Of a stretch of 64,000 nt of DNA, positions 48,488 through 56,568 are shown piece by piece; within the stretch, counting starts at the first letter, position 1; every line of letters starts with the position of its first letter. The stretch is from positions 16,060 to 80,059 of the IMG/VR virus record IMGVR_UViG_3300046787_000286; one strand, 5' to 3'. Source of the stretch: a virus. The notes under the pieces were generated by a model. The model did no database searches. It was not told the DNA's origin and saw only the letters and a program-made list of their open reading frames with translations. The position numbers and the translations under genes are program-made.

Positions 48488-48563
48488 TGGCGACCCCTGA
48501 TGGATTCGAACCACCGACACGCGGCTTTGGAGACCGCTGTTCTGCCAACTGAACTAAGGAGCC
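48488..48563 (-). tRNA. tRNA-Trp (anticodon CCA)
   Basis: GGCTCCT TA GTTC AGTTGGCA GAAC A GCGGT CTCCAAA GCCGC GTGTC GGTGG TTCGAAT CCATC AGGGGTC G CCA. Confidence 0.8.
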
Positions 48564-48568
48564 ATTTT

Positions 48569-48642
48569 TGGTAGCCTGTAGAGGTTACGATCCTCTGTCG
48601 CTCGATTATCAGTCGAGTGCTCTACCATTGAGCTAACGGGCT
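48569..48642 (-). tRNA. tRNA-Ile (anticodon GAT), atypical T-loop ATCGTAA
   Basis: anticodon arm CTCGA-CTGATAA-TCGAG; acceptor has one C:A mismatch. Confidence 0.55.
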
Positions 48643-48826
48643 ATTTTACTTTTACCTTTTGCAGGATATCTTTTCGCATCAAAAAGATTCTTGGGGAATT
48701 CTCTTGATGCACTGCAATATACTCTACCCCATCTATCCACTGGGAGAGTTTTGTGTTATCACATACAACACGTTCGCGATTTAGTTTATTCTCAAATGTC
48801 ACGGGTTTCATCTCCTCCTCCCTTCA

Positions 48827-48901
48827 TGGCCGGTCCTGCAGGAATCGAACCCACATCTCCAAGTTCGAAGCATGGCATTCTATCCATTGAACTAAGGACC
48901 G
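48827..48901 (-). tRNA. tRNA-Arg (anticodon TCG)
   Basis: acceptor CGGTCCT/AGGACCG, anticodon loop CTTCGAA, T:T mismatch in the anticodon stem. Confidence 0.65.
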
Positions 48902-48908
48902 AAAATTA

Positions 48909-49085
48909 ATTACCTTCTAACTGCTCTATTTTATCGGCAGCTTCTTCAAGTAAGTCAGCAATGCGATCGGGCTTGCCCTCTTCTACACTCTTGCGTCCTT
49001 GAATCTGTCGCCTAATCTCTGCTCGCTTACGCAAGCGAAAGACTAGGCTTTGTTCACTAACAGGTAGATGACTTTCGTCAATCAT
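48909..49085 (-). CDS. small ORF (58 aa) coupled to the RNA ligase gene
   Basis: ATG overlaps the ligase stop; charged helical peptide. Confidence 0.25.
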
Positions 49086-49987
49086 ACTGTTTCCATATAG
49101 TTACGTACCCACTCTAAACGAGCTTGCTCGTCCATAGCAGTATACTCAACAATGTTAGCACGGATAGCATCCACTAGTGGATAGTATTCTTCGTCTAGTT
49201 GGTGCTTGATGTCTTTGTTCAAGTCTACTAACTTGTCTGTACGTGGATTGCGAGCAACCCACTTTGAAGTCAAGTAGTATGGTGACTTGATTTTAGCACT
49301 CACACCTTCGTTAGTGTAGAATACAAAACCTTCGTGCTTGCATTCCTTTGCTAAGTTCTTCAATGCAGCCATTGAAGTTGTTACACTTTCTGGCTTGTGA
49401 CAGTTAAACAACAATGCTAAGTCTTGCAACACACATGGATCGTGCCCCACTTTAGATCCAAACTCGTTTTCGCGATAGCCTAAAACATACATGCCTGCCT
49501 TCTCTGGAACGATATGAGGGTCACTTGGGTGAACACACTCGAACATCACAGTCATACCGTCTAGTTCATCGTCACAAAATGCTATACGCCAATCAGCTAA
49601 AGAACCATGAGTCAACATCATTTCTTTTGCCAGGTCAACGTATGGGCTGTCAGTGCTACCTGTAGTAGAAACTAGCACGTCGCCGTTATACCAAGTTATA
49701 GCAACCATAAAGCCGTTGACCTTACGATATGCTAGCACTTCTGTATCGTCGGCCAGCACTGGTGCTTCCTTTTCGATACCGTAGTTGTAGATCTTTGTGA
49801 ATGGATATGACACTAGGTTGAAATCCTTGTCCACAATAGACCCACGACATTCAGCAATGTATTCATTCCACAGGTTATCGTAGAACACTTTCTTCTTGTA
49901 CTTTAGCACGTAGATACCGTCGCCGGCTTCCTTCATGTTAACCAAGTTAGAAGTAGCTACATACTCCTTCAACTCATCTTTAAACAT
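49082..49987 (-). CDS. ATP-dependent RNA ligase-like protein
   Basis: nucleotidyltransferase motifs: KVNG (motif I-like), EGFVF (motif IV), AKIKSPYY (motif V); start placed at MFKDEL, which overlaps the kinase stop. Confidence 0.55.
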   Translation of the reverse strand: MFKDELKEYVATSNLVNMKEAGDGIYVLKYKKKVFYDNLWNEYIAECRGSIVDKDFNLVSYPFTKIYNYGIEKEAPVLADDTEVLAYRKVNGFMVAITWYNGDVLVSTTGSTDSPYVDLAKEMMLTHGSLADWRIAFCDDELDGMTVMFECVHPSDPHIVPEKAGMYVLGYRENEFGSKVGHDPCVLQDLALLFNCHKPESVTTSMAALKNLAKECKHEGFVFYTNEGVSAKIKSPYYLTSKWVARNPRTDKLVDLNKDIKHQLDEEYYPLVDAIRANIVEYTAMDEQARLEWVRNYMETV

Positions 49988-50441
49988 ACCAAATTTCCTT
50001 AAAGCCTTCTTCTTCAGTTGGCATTTCAAAATTGTTAATCATTGAACGCATAACGTTCTCCGGAATTGCCTTACCTGGTCGGCTAGCTAATCGACGTTCG
50101 TGTTCTTCCTTTTCGGGAGTACGAAACACAACAGCAATCTTTTCATAGTTAGACAAAATTGCCAACTTAGACTTGCGAGATTTTGCGCTAGTATTAGTTT
50201 GATCCCAAATACAATCTACTTGGTTCGCGTGGCAAACTCGTGCTTGATTGTCCATCAACTTCATTGCAATAGGCGCATATTCTTTGAACACTTCGTTGTA
50301 AGTTTTACCTACACGTTCTGCATGCTCGTCAATAAAACGATCGCTAGAGATAACCGGAACACCATCAGTCCAATTTTGTGCTTTGATCCAAGTGCTCTTA
50401 CCTGAACCTGGCACACCAATTAACATGTAAACTTTTGGCAT
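49980..50441 (-). CDS. P-loop polynucleotide kinase-like protein
   Basis: MLIGVPGSGKST Walker A; 153 aa. Confidence 0.55.
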   Translation of the reverse strand: MPKVYMLIGVPGSGKSTWIKAQNWTDGVPVISSDRFIDEHAERVGKTYNEVFKEYAPIAMKLMDNQARVCHANQVDCIWDQTNTSAKSRKSKLAILSNYEKIAVVFRTPEKEEHERRLASRPGKAIPENVMRSMINNFEMPTEEEGFKEIWYV

Positions 50442-50450
50442 AATTACTCC

Positions 50451-50993
50451 TTAGTGGTGAGCTCGAATCTCACCTTTTAATGCGTCTGCAATCATGTCGT
50501 CCATGTTGCTAACCACACGACCTGTTGCGTCAAAAGCTACATCACGGGCACGATACTTTTCCATGCCAGTCTTTGCACCATGTACATGACCGTAGAAGTG
50601 AACACTACCACGATGCATTTGGTCCCACTCCCAGATAGGGTAGTGCAACATGATAACAATTTGACCTTCATGGTTGTAACGCAAGTACTGATGCACTTCC
50701 TTAAACTCTGCACGGAATGCAGGGTCATTCAACAACTTGCGGTCATGATTGCCTTCAACCAAAATCTTACTACCATTCAACCGGCGCAAGATATCCACTG
50801 CGTCTTTTGCTGGCAAGAAAGCAAAGTCACCCAAGATGAATGTTTCATCTTCTGGCGCAACACTTGCGTTCCATTCTTTAATCATCTTTTCTCGCATGTC
50901 AGCCACATCAGTGAAGCCTGCCCGAGTTACTGGGCAAAACTTCATAATGTTTGCGTGACCAAAATGCAAGTCACTTGTAATCCATTTTGTCAT
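50451..50993 (-). CDS. calcineurin-like metallophosphoesterase
   Basis: SDLHFGH, GDFAF, GNHD motifs. Confidence 0.7.
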   Translation of the reverse strand: MTKWITSDLHFGHANIMKFCPVTRAGFTDVADMREKMIKEWNASVAPEDETFILGDFAFLPAKDAVDILRRLNGSKILVEGNHDRKLLNDPAFRAEFKEVHQYLRYNHEGQIVIMLHYPIWEWDQMHRGSVHFYGHVHGAKTGMEKYRARDVAFDATGRVVSNMDDMIADALKGEIRAHH

Positions 50994-50995
50994 TA

Positions 50996-51193
50996 TTATT
51001 CTCCGATGTATTCACGAACCCAATCAAAGTGAGCTTCGTCTGCTTTAACCCACTTGAACTGTTCTCGACGACGGTTGATTTTGTCAAAGTCAAAACAGAT
51101 AAAGATCCAGCCCTTGTCCTCTGAGAACATGACGGTATTTTGGACTTTGACAATCTGTACGATTTTGTCTTTCATCTTTGCTACTATCATCAT
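50996..51193 (-). CDS. hypothetical protein
   Basis: 65 aa ORF, promoter upstream. Confidence 0.35.
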   Translation of the reverse strand: MMIVAKMKDKIVQIVKVQNTVMFSEDKGWIFICFDFDKINRRREQFKWVKADEAHFDWVREYIGE

Positions 51194-51222
51194 GCTAGAT
51201 CCTTTTGCTTTGTTATGTGTAT

Positions 51223-51251
51223 ATTATAGCAAATCGGGCATTTTTGGTCAA
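51223..51251 (-). promoter_or_regulatory. sigma70-like promoter TTGACC-N17-TATAAT
   Basis: -10 at 51223-51228, -35 at 51246-51251; same core as 31457 and 34598. Confidence 0.6.
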
Positions 51252-51271
51252 CCAAAAAATGTAGTACTTAA

Positions 51272-51754
51272 TTACACATCGCCTTCGCGGGTTGGACTAT
51301 CTTCTAATCCCCACTCAACGCCATTGATTGTGTGGGGCTCTGCTTCGTCATAAGTCCAACCCAGCGCCTTCATCATCTTGTGCTTGACAAGTAAGTTAGG
51401 ACTACGAAATGCTTCAGTGTCATCAAAGCCTAACATTACCCCAATTTCTGCAACTGCACCCGAACGGCACACTCCTGCGTGGCAATGAACAATAACGTTC
51501 ATGCGTTGACCGTATGCTTTGAGCAACAAGTCAACCAATTGCTTGGCCTGTTCATCTGTGCATTTGCATTCGTCTGGAAAGTTATCTTTGTCCTCAGCAT
51601 CCAAGAATTCAAACTGATGAACTTCACGGAATTCATACTTGGGAACAGGAAACTCGTATGCTGGATCTACAATCTGAATCAGCATAGAGTTAATGCCGGG
51701 GGTAATATGAAACCCTTGACGAATGTCACTCATGCTTACATTTTGAATCCACAT
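51272..51754 (-). CDS. dual-specificity/protein-tyrosine phosphatase
   Basis: HCHAGVCRSG CX5R active-site signature. Confidence 0.7.
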   Translation of the reverse strand: MWIQNVSMSDIRQGFHITPGINSMLIQIVDPAYEFPVPKYEFREVHQFEFLDAEDKDNFPDECKCTDEQAKQLVDLLLKAYGQRMNVIVHCHAGVCRSGAVAEIGVMLGFDDTEAFRSPNLLVKHKMMKALGWTYDEAEPHTINGVEWGLEDSPTREGDV

Positions 51755-51755
51755 A

Positions 51756-51800
51756 AAAAATCTCCTTTAATGCGTTATTATAACACTAAAGGAGATTTTG
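51756..51800 (-). terminator. hairpin with flanking A/T runs (terminator at the end of the tRNA cluster)
   Basis: aaatctcctttaa...ttaaaggagattt. Confidence 0.4.
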
Positions 51801-51830
51801 GTCAAGTACTACCTTAGTACTACTTTTGTT

Positions 51831-51905
51831 TGGTACCTGGTGACGGTTTCGAACCGCCGACCCGCTGCGTGTAAAGCAGCCGCTCTCCCCCTGAGCTAAC
51901 CAGGC
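51831..51905 (-). tRNA. tRNA-Val (anticodon TAC)
   Basis: GCCTGGT TA GCTC AGGGGGA GAGC G GCTGC TTTACAC GCAGC GGGTC GGCGG TTCGAAA CCGTC ACCAGGT A CCA. Confidence 0.8.
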
Positions 51906-51913
51906 AAATTGTT

Positions 51914-51987
51914 TGGAGCGGGGTGCGGGAATCGAACCCGCAACTTCAACTTGGAAGGATGGTGTTTTACCACTAAACTAACCCCGC
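51914..51987 (-). tRNA. tRNA-Gly (anticodon TCC) probable
   Basis: acceptor GCGGGGT/ACCCCGC, loop CTTCCAA; two mismatches in the anticodon stem. Confidence 0.5.
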
Positions 51988-51995
51988 ATTAAATC

Positions 51996-52071
51996 TGGCT
52001 CCCCAGCGTGGGATCGAACCACGGACACCTTGATTAACAGTCAAGTGCAACTACCGCTGTGCTACTGGGGA
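51996..52071 (-). tRNA. tRNA-Asn (anticodon GTT)
   Basis: acceptor TCCCCAG/CTGGGGA, anticodon arm CTTGA-CTGTTAA-TCAAG. Confidence 0.75.
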
Positions 52072-52080
52072 ATATTTTTT

Positions 52081-52170
52081 TGGCGGTGCGAAAGAGACTC
52101 GAACTCTTAAAGCGGCTTTCACCACTCGACGGATTAGCAATCCGCTCCAATACCATTATGGGACCGCACC
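52081..52170 (-). tRNA. tRNA-Ser (anticodon GCT), class II
   Basis: anticodon loop TTGCTAA, long variable arm, T arm AAGAG-TTCGAGT-CTCTT. Confidence 0.75.
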
Positions 52171-52174
52171 AAAC

Positions 52175-52549
52175 TTAACAAGGTATCGAACTTAGTTCAT
52201 CTACCTGCTGCCTAGTAATATAATGAACTTTTTTACCGTCCATAATACTTATAGGCATATAAACTACTCTATCTATGTCTGACAGATAAACTGCCCAACA
52301 GTCGATTAAATCTCTATTAATAGCAACACCCTTCCCGTTTACCATAGAAGATGCTGCTATTTCATATCTATCACCTCTTCCCGGTGATCTATATTTTATT
52401 TGCAATCTAAACAATCTACCCTCTGAATCAACTGCTATACAGTCAACTGGATTATAGTCATCAAACGGTGTAAACGCGGTAAATCCTTTGGTGTATAAGT
52501 CTCCTATAACTTTAATAAGTCCTAGGTTGCCTTTTTCATTAACATTCAT
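52175..52549 (-). CDS. PD-(D/E)xK-type nuclease-like protein (Hjc/restriction-fold)
   Basis: D..(V)D.E...RLQIK motif; sits between tRNA genes and has its own promoter. Confidence 0.4.
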   Translation of the reverse strand: MNVNEKGNLGLIKVIGDLYTKGFTAFTPFDDYNPVDCIAVDSEGRLFRLQIKYRSPGRGDRYEIAASSMVNGKGVAINRDLIDCWAVYLSDIDRVVYMPISIMDGKKVHYITRQQVDELSSIPC

Positions 52550-52626
52550 GTGTATCTCCTGCTATGTTTATTTAGCAGATGATGCATCTGTTTGAATTAC
52601 CGTCCTGCCCGTCTTCCAATTATTCT

Positions 52627-52655
52627 ATTATATATCCAACTGCATGTGCAGTCAA
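52627..52655 (-). promoter_or_regulatory. sigma70-like promoter TTGACT-N17-TATAAT
   Basis: -10 at 52627-52632, -35 at 52650-52655. Confidence 0.55.
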
Positions 52656-52661
52656 CTATTT

Positions 52662-52744
52662 TGGTACCCCTGGTCAGATTCGAACTGACATATTATACTC
52701 CTCTGTTTGAGAGAGGCGACTTTACCAAGTTTGTCCACAGGGGC
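52662..52744 (-). tRNA. tRNA-Leu (anticodon CAA), class II
   Basis: anticodon arm CCTCT-CTCAAAC-AGAGG, long variable arm. Confidence 0.75.
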
Positions 52745-52749
52745 ATTTA

Positions 52750-52824
52750 TGGTGGATGTAGCTAGATTCGAACTAGCGGTAGGCACCGTATGAAGATGCT
52801 GCATTACCACTTTGCTATACATCC
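52750..52824 (-). tRNA. tRNA-Met/Ile2 (anticodon CAT)
   Basis: GGATGTA ... GCATC TTCATAC GGTGC ... GCTAG TTCGAAT CTAGC TACATCC A CCA. Confidence 0.75.
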
Positions 52825-52939
52825 ATATAGAAGCACTCTCAAATGCAGGCCTAGGAGGAGTCAAGCTCTGAAACCTTTGCGTATGCATCCACTAGGGTCT
52901 CTTCTCCCGCTTTGACTTATGCTAAGAATACTTCTATAT

Positions 52940-53014
52940 GGGGTGTTAGATGGGGAACGATCCCATACTATCGCTTTCACAGAGCAATGTGCAGACCACT
53001 ACACTACTAACACC
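52940..53014 (-). tRNA. tRNA-His (anticodon GTG) with encoded G-1
   Basis: G-1 pairs with C73; anticodon arm TTGCT-CTGTGAA-AGCGA; T-loop ATCGTTC; CCA. Confidence 0.75.
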
Positions 53015-53639
53015 ATAAATATTTTTGTGAAAACTTACTACAGTCAAACACCAGCCGGATTAGACTTTCAATTGAGTCTAAGTGATGATGGCGTGTGTTG
53101 CATTATAGTTTACGACACTTACGATTGTGAACTTGTCATGCGCTATTTCACTAACGTCAATCGAGCTCTACGCTTTATCAACAATCTCTAATACCATATA
53201 GAAACACATTCTTGACGTAAAGGGTCTTTTCATCGCGCTGGTTAGGCTGCTTCATAGTGAGACTCAACTATTAACCAAGTTGCTCGAAGTCTACTATCAA
53301 TGATGAATGCATTTCTATATGGCATTTGTAAAGCCGGCTCACTTTGAGCACCCTCGTCCTCCACGGACGGAGTTCTATTGTCATCATCAGTAGCATCCAA
53401 CAACGCAGGGCCCATTGTTATCTTACTCTACCAACTTATCGCGTCCCTTGCTCATACCCGTCGGTAATCACTCAGGCTTTCATTTAAACTACAGCTTAAC
53501 AAATACCATATGAAAACATTCTGTTGTGCTTGAAACAGTGACAACCCATCTTCCTGGCAACTTTTACCTGTATAGTCGACTTCAGGGTTACTCGATGAAC
53601 TCCAGTGTAGTTGTTCAGAATGTTTACATATAGCAAGCT

Positions 53640-53730
53640 CATTGTAGGCAGGGCTCGAACCTGCACACAGTCCTTACGGATAATGTCGCCCCTATAACGG
53701 GGCAATGTCTACCAATTCCATCACTACGAG
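53640..53730 (-). other. tRNA-like element (T-arm GCAGG-TTCGAGC-CCTGC plus GCCCC hairpin), unresolved
   Basis: T-arm is clear but acceptor pairing is not. Confidence 0.25.
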
Positions 53731-53963
53731 CTCCTGGAGTTAATTACTCTCCAGCATGGGTGTTACCTGCAGATAACACTTACCATATGTAAACACACTA
53801 ACGAACCTGGCTGTGGGCCGCGAACCCACTGTTTTCGCGTGGCACCAGCAAGTATTGCCACAATTACTGGTTAATGTGTTTGCATATGGTAGGGCTGCGG
53901 GGTAATGATCCCCGTTCTACTGGTTAAAAGCCAGTTGCTTCACCTTAAAGCTTCAACCCCATA

Positions 53964-54039
53964 TGGTCCCTCTGGTGGGAGTCGAACCCACACGTCACGG
54001 ATTAAGAGTCCGGCATGCTGCCTTAACATCTCAAAGGGA
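53964..54039 (-). tRNA. tRNA-Lys (anticodon CTT)
   Basis: CCCTTTG AG ATGT TAAGGCA GCAT G CCGGA CTCTTAA TCCGT GACGT GTGGG TTCGACT CCCAC CAGAGGG A CCA. Confidence 0.7.
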
Positions 54040-54148
54040 TGGATTGTAAAAATTGTCTTTTACGTGCCATCCCGGACCATACAGGGTACAGGGATGACAC
54101 TAACGTTTACCTGAACGTTTCATATCAAAGTTTCCTTATAAAAAATTT

Positions 54149-54224
54149 TGGTGCCGAAGAATGGATTTGAACCAGTGACACACGGATTTTCAATCCGCTG
54201 CTCTACCAACTGAGCTACATCGGC
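54149..54224 (-). tRNA. tRNA-Phe (anticodon GAA)
   Basis: GCCGATG TA GCTC AGTTGGTA GAGC A GCGGA TTGAAAA TCCGT...; close to the E. coli tRNA-Phe consensus. Confidence 0.8.
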
Positions 54225-54231
54225 AATTGTT

Positions 54232-54305
54232 TGGTGCTCTCACCAGGTATCGATCCTGGGTTTCTACATTACCAATGTAGTGTAATGCCTTTATACTATG
54301 AGAGC
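54232..54305 (-). tRNA. tRNA-Thr (anticodon GGT)
   Basis: acceptor GCTCTCA/TGAGAGC, anticodon arm CTACA-TTGGTAA-TGTAG, T-loop ATCGATA. Confidence 0.75.
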
Positions 54306-54560
54306 TTATTCTTCGTCGACTTCTTCTGAGTCGATTACTACAATATCTTCTGCATCGATGTCTTCTTCATCGATTTCGTCGAGTACAACTTCTGCTTCTT
54401 CAACTACAGGTGCAGCCACAGGTTTCTTAGGTCTACCCCATGCCGAGTAACTTGCACCTTCTACTCTACCGCTTACATTCGGTTCAATTTTTTGAATAGT
54501 GCCTCCACGAGCTAAGAACTCCTGGATAGCAAGGTCGGTTGAATTGTCTCTGTTACTCAT
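54306..54560 (-). CDS. small acidic protein (84 aa)
   Basis: start moved to MSNRDN to avoid overlapping the tRNA; Asp/Glu-rich C-terminus. Confidence 0.35.
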   Translation of the reverse strand: MSNRDNSTDLAIQEFLARGGTIQKIEPNVSGRVEGASYSAWGRPKKPVAAPVVEEAEVVLDEIDEEDIDAEDIVVIDSEEVDEE

Positions 54561-54578
54561 ATGTTCCTTTAAGTTAAT

Positions 54579-54653
54579 TGGTCCGGCGTGCAGGAATCGA
54601 ACCCACATTCATGAGGTAGAAGCTCATTGTACTATCCATTGTACTAACGCCAG
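54579..54653 (-). tRNA. tRNA-Arg (anticodon TCT)
   Basis: anticodon arm ATGAG-CTTCTAC-CTCAT, acceptor CTGGCGT/ACGCCGG. Confidence 0.7.
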
Positions 54654-54659
54654 ATATGG

Positions 54660-54770
54660 TAGGAGCGGTGGGAATTGAACCCACGTTAACTGCCTTATCT
54701 AGACAGTGCTTACGGCTGTATAAGGGCCGCCCTTAGGCCAACATTAGCAACACTCCCATTGAAAAACACA
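54660..54770 (-). other. tRNA-like element ~110 nt (T-arm GTGGG-TTCAATT-CCCAC, CCA), class II-like or disrupted
   Basis: possible acceptor GGGAGTG/CGCTCCT, but I found no canonical anticodon arm. Confidence 0.3.
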
Positions 54771-54845
54771 CTTAGACGTAGTAGTTCTTTAGTCCACTAA
54801 GATACACGACTACCACTCGTGTCATTAGTTAAATGTGTTTATCAA

Positions 54846-54920
54846 TGGAGTCGCATACGGGTTACGATCCCGTCTGGTCACCTTGAAAGGGTGATGACCT
54901 CACCAGAAGTCTAATGCGAC
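54846..54920 (-). tRNA. tRNA-Glu (anticodon TTC)
   Basis: GTCGCAT TA GACT TCTGGTGA GGTC A TCACC CTTTCAA GGTGA CCAG ACGGG ATCGTAA CCCGT ATGCGAC T CCA. Confidence 0.75.
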
Positions 54921-55148
54921 ATTGTTGAATTTGTAAGTAGTTGAGCCACTTTTATCTCAACTTTTTTCCTGATTATACAAGTCCGGACAGGGGGCGGCAT
55001 GACACTTGGGATACTAAGTCCAGCGTGGCAACCATACTGCACCGATCCTTTCGGATCAGCCGGGAGTCGAACCCGCTTGCCTTTTACTACACAACACCTT
55101 CGAAGAATATTGAATAGCGTGACATTCTCTTGCTGACACTTACAAAAT

Positions 55149-55222
55149 TGGTGGAGGATAACAGAATCGAACTGTTGCGAAAACCTTGCAAAGGTCCCAG
55201 GCTACCACTACATCAATCCCCC
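55149..55222 (-). tRNA. tRNA-Ala (anticodon TGC)
   Basis: acceptor GGGGGAT/ATCCTCC, loop TTTGCAA, T arm AACAG-TTCGATT-CTGTT. Confidence 0.7.
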
Positions 55223-55233
55223 GAATTTTTTAC

Positions 55234-55308
55234 TGGAGCCTTTGTAAAGAATCGAACTTCAGTTCCCGGCTTCGTAGACCAGTGTATTATCCATTATACG
55301 ACAAAGGC
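55234..55308 (-). tRNA. tRNA-Arg (anticodon ACG)
   Basis: acceptor GCCTTTG/CAAAGGC, anticodon arm CTGGT-CTACGAA-GCCGG. Confidence 0.7.
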
Positions 55309-55317
55309 AAATTGTTA

Positions 55318-55393
55318 GGCCCCGGAGGGAGGAATCGAACCTCCATTGGTTGTATACGGACCGTGTTACCATTACACTACAACCGGGATATAG
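55318..55393 (-). other. pseudo-tRNA/tRNA-like element (canonical D and T arms, no anticodon stem, ends CCT)
   Basis: GTGT-AATGGTA-ACAC and GGAGG-TTCGATT-CCTCC arms, but the middle does not fold. Confidence 0.3.
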
Positions 55394-55546
55394 GTTTTTG
55401 AGAGTTCCAACTATCTTTCTCAAGGACTCGCCGGGCTTGTCTCGTATGAGGGAGTTTAAACTACCTTGTGTTGCTACTGGTGTGTCAGTCTCAAGAATAG
55501 GGACCTAGCGCACAAGGGACTCAACCTCTACGTCTATCTCAAAAAT

Positions 55547-55620
55547 TGGTGCCCCATAACAGAATCGAACTGCTATCCCCGGATTACAAAACCGGTGTTC
55601 TACCATTTAACTAATGGGGC
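55547..55620 (-). tRNA. tRNA-Thr (anticodon TGT)
   Basis: acceptor GCCCCAT/ATGGGGC, loop TTTGTAA, T:T at 31:39. Confidence 0.65.
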
Positions 55621-55629
55621 AAATTGTTG

Positions 55630-55715
55630 GCTCCGTGTGTGAGATTCGAACTCACCTAGTCACTGATTAACAGTCAGGTCCTTGCACCTAGCTTGGATTT
55701 CACGGAATAAAATTG
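55630..55715 (-). other. tRNA-like element with GTT anticodon-type hairpin and aberrant 5' half
   Basis: CCTGA-CTGTTAA-TCAGT hairpin and GTGAG-TTCGAAT-CTCAC T-arm; acceptor has one mismatch; too long in the D region. Confidence 0.3.
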
Positions 55716-55728
55716 GCGTTCCTTGTAG

Positions 55729-55915
55729 ATTTTCACTACTGCTACACTAACGAGAGCGTTACAAGTCTTCCTTATCGTGCAGCTGGTTAGGCCTATTGTC
55801 AGGAGTTACGAAGCGTTTAGTATTCAGATCTGACCTGCGACCAAGCAGCGATGCCTGTCAACTACTACTTCACCTTGCAGAGCACTGAGAGCTCGCTGTG
55901 TCATCCTTTACGGAG
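55729..55915 (-). other. ~190-nt RNA with tRNA-like termini (acceptor GTTCCTC/AAGGAAC + G + CCA, T-loop-like TGAAAAT) enclosing a ~115-nt insert
   Basis: begins and ends at the conserved inter-tRNA spacer; the internal part has GAGC-TCTCAGT-GCTC hairpins. Confidence 0.3.
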
Positions 55916-55926
55916 GAACATAAAAT

Positions 55927-56001
55927 TGGCGGTCCCAGGGGGTAACGATCCCCCTCCTCAGCAGTGACAGTGCTGTGTGCGTCCATGAACACCTTGAGAC
56001 C
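55927..56001 (-). tRNA. tRNA-Asp (anticodon GTC)
   Basis: GGTCTCA AG GTGT TCATGGAC GCAC A CAGCA CTGTCAC TGCTG AGGA GGGGG ATCGTTA CCCCC TGGGACC G CCA. Confidence 0.75.
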
Positions 56002-56076
56002 TAAATTAAGAAAAACACATTGTAAGGGGTTCTCTGGTCACCTCTACACGCTTTTGTATACGCAATGTGTCTTATA

Positions 56077-56161
56077 TGGTGGAGGTGGCTGGACTTGAAC
56101 CAACAATGCACAAGGGCGGCGGATTTACAGTCCACTGGGGATACCATTTTCCTACACCTCC
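56077..56161 (-). tRNA. tRNA-Tyr (anticodon GTA), class II
   Basis: acceptor GGAGGTG/CACCTCC, anticodon arm GTGGA-CTGTAAA-TCCGC, long variable arm. Confidence 0.75.
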
Positions 56162-56265
56162 ATAATTCTTCTGCCGACCGGACCTGCCCCGATAATATAC
56201 TAGATACGTTAAATCTAGCCTTTCTAATGATACGTGCTTTCTTCACACGAATGACGACAAATTCT

Positions 56266-56349
56266 TGGTAGGACCGACCGGAATCGAACCGGTACGCATT
56301 ACGCGGCAGATTTTAAGTCTGCTGTGGCTACCTATTACACCACGGTCCC
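56266..56349 (-). tRNA. tRNA-Leu (anticodon TAA), class II
   Basis: anticodon arm GCAGA-CTTAAAA-TCTGC, long variable arm, T arm ACCGG-TTCGATT-CCGGT. Confidence 0.75.
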
Positions 56350-56360
56350 ATAAATTGTTC

Positions 56361-56568
56361 TGGCGGTGCGAAACCATCTGCACACTTACGCCTCTTAGCT
56401 TCTCACACCCGGGTGTTTACGCTTGGGTCATCGCCTGAAACTTGGTGGACAACAATGGGAATCTAACCCACTTCTCCCTCCTATGCTATTAGGAAGTTTC
56501 AGCACAGCATCAGTGCATCACGACAGTAAGTCCATAAACTTGGAAGAGCGTAGGGGAGTCGAACCCCT
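56361..56568 (-). other. unresolved structured region with tRNA 3'-half-like elements (..TCGCACC G CCA; AGGGG-TTCGACT-CCCCT ACGCTCT T CCA)
   Basis: two CCA-terminated T-arm/acceptor-like 3' halves with no matching 5' halves, downstream of the HNH gene. Confidence 0.25.

Noticed and set aside
48691-48909. 72-aa plus-strand ORF
   Set aside because: It overlaps tRNA-Arg(TCG) on the opposite strand.
52919-53191. 90-aa plus-strand ORF
   Set aside because: It overlaps the well-formed minus-strand tRNA-His (52940..53014) and has no RBS. Treated as spurious.
54943-54970. Plus-strand hairpin gttgag...ctcaac followed by tttttt as a terminator
   Set aside because: No plus-strand gene lies upstream. 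It may be part of the unresolved RNA between tRNA-Glu and tRNA-Ala, so it is not called as a terminator.
56001-56246. 81-aa minus-strand ORF
   Set aside because: It overlaps tRNA-Tyr and the Asp/Tyr spacer. Spurious.
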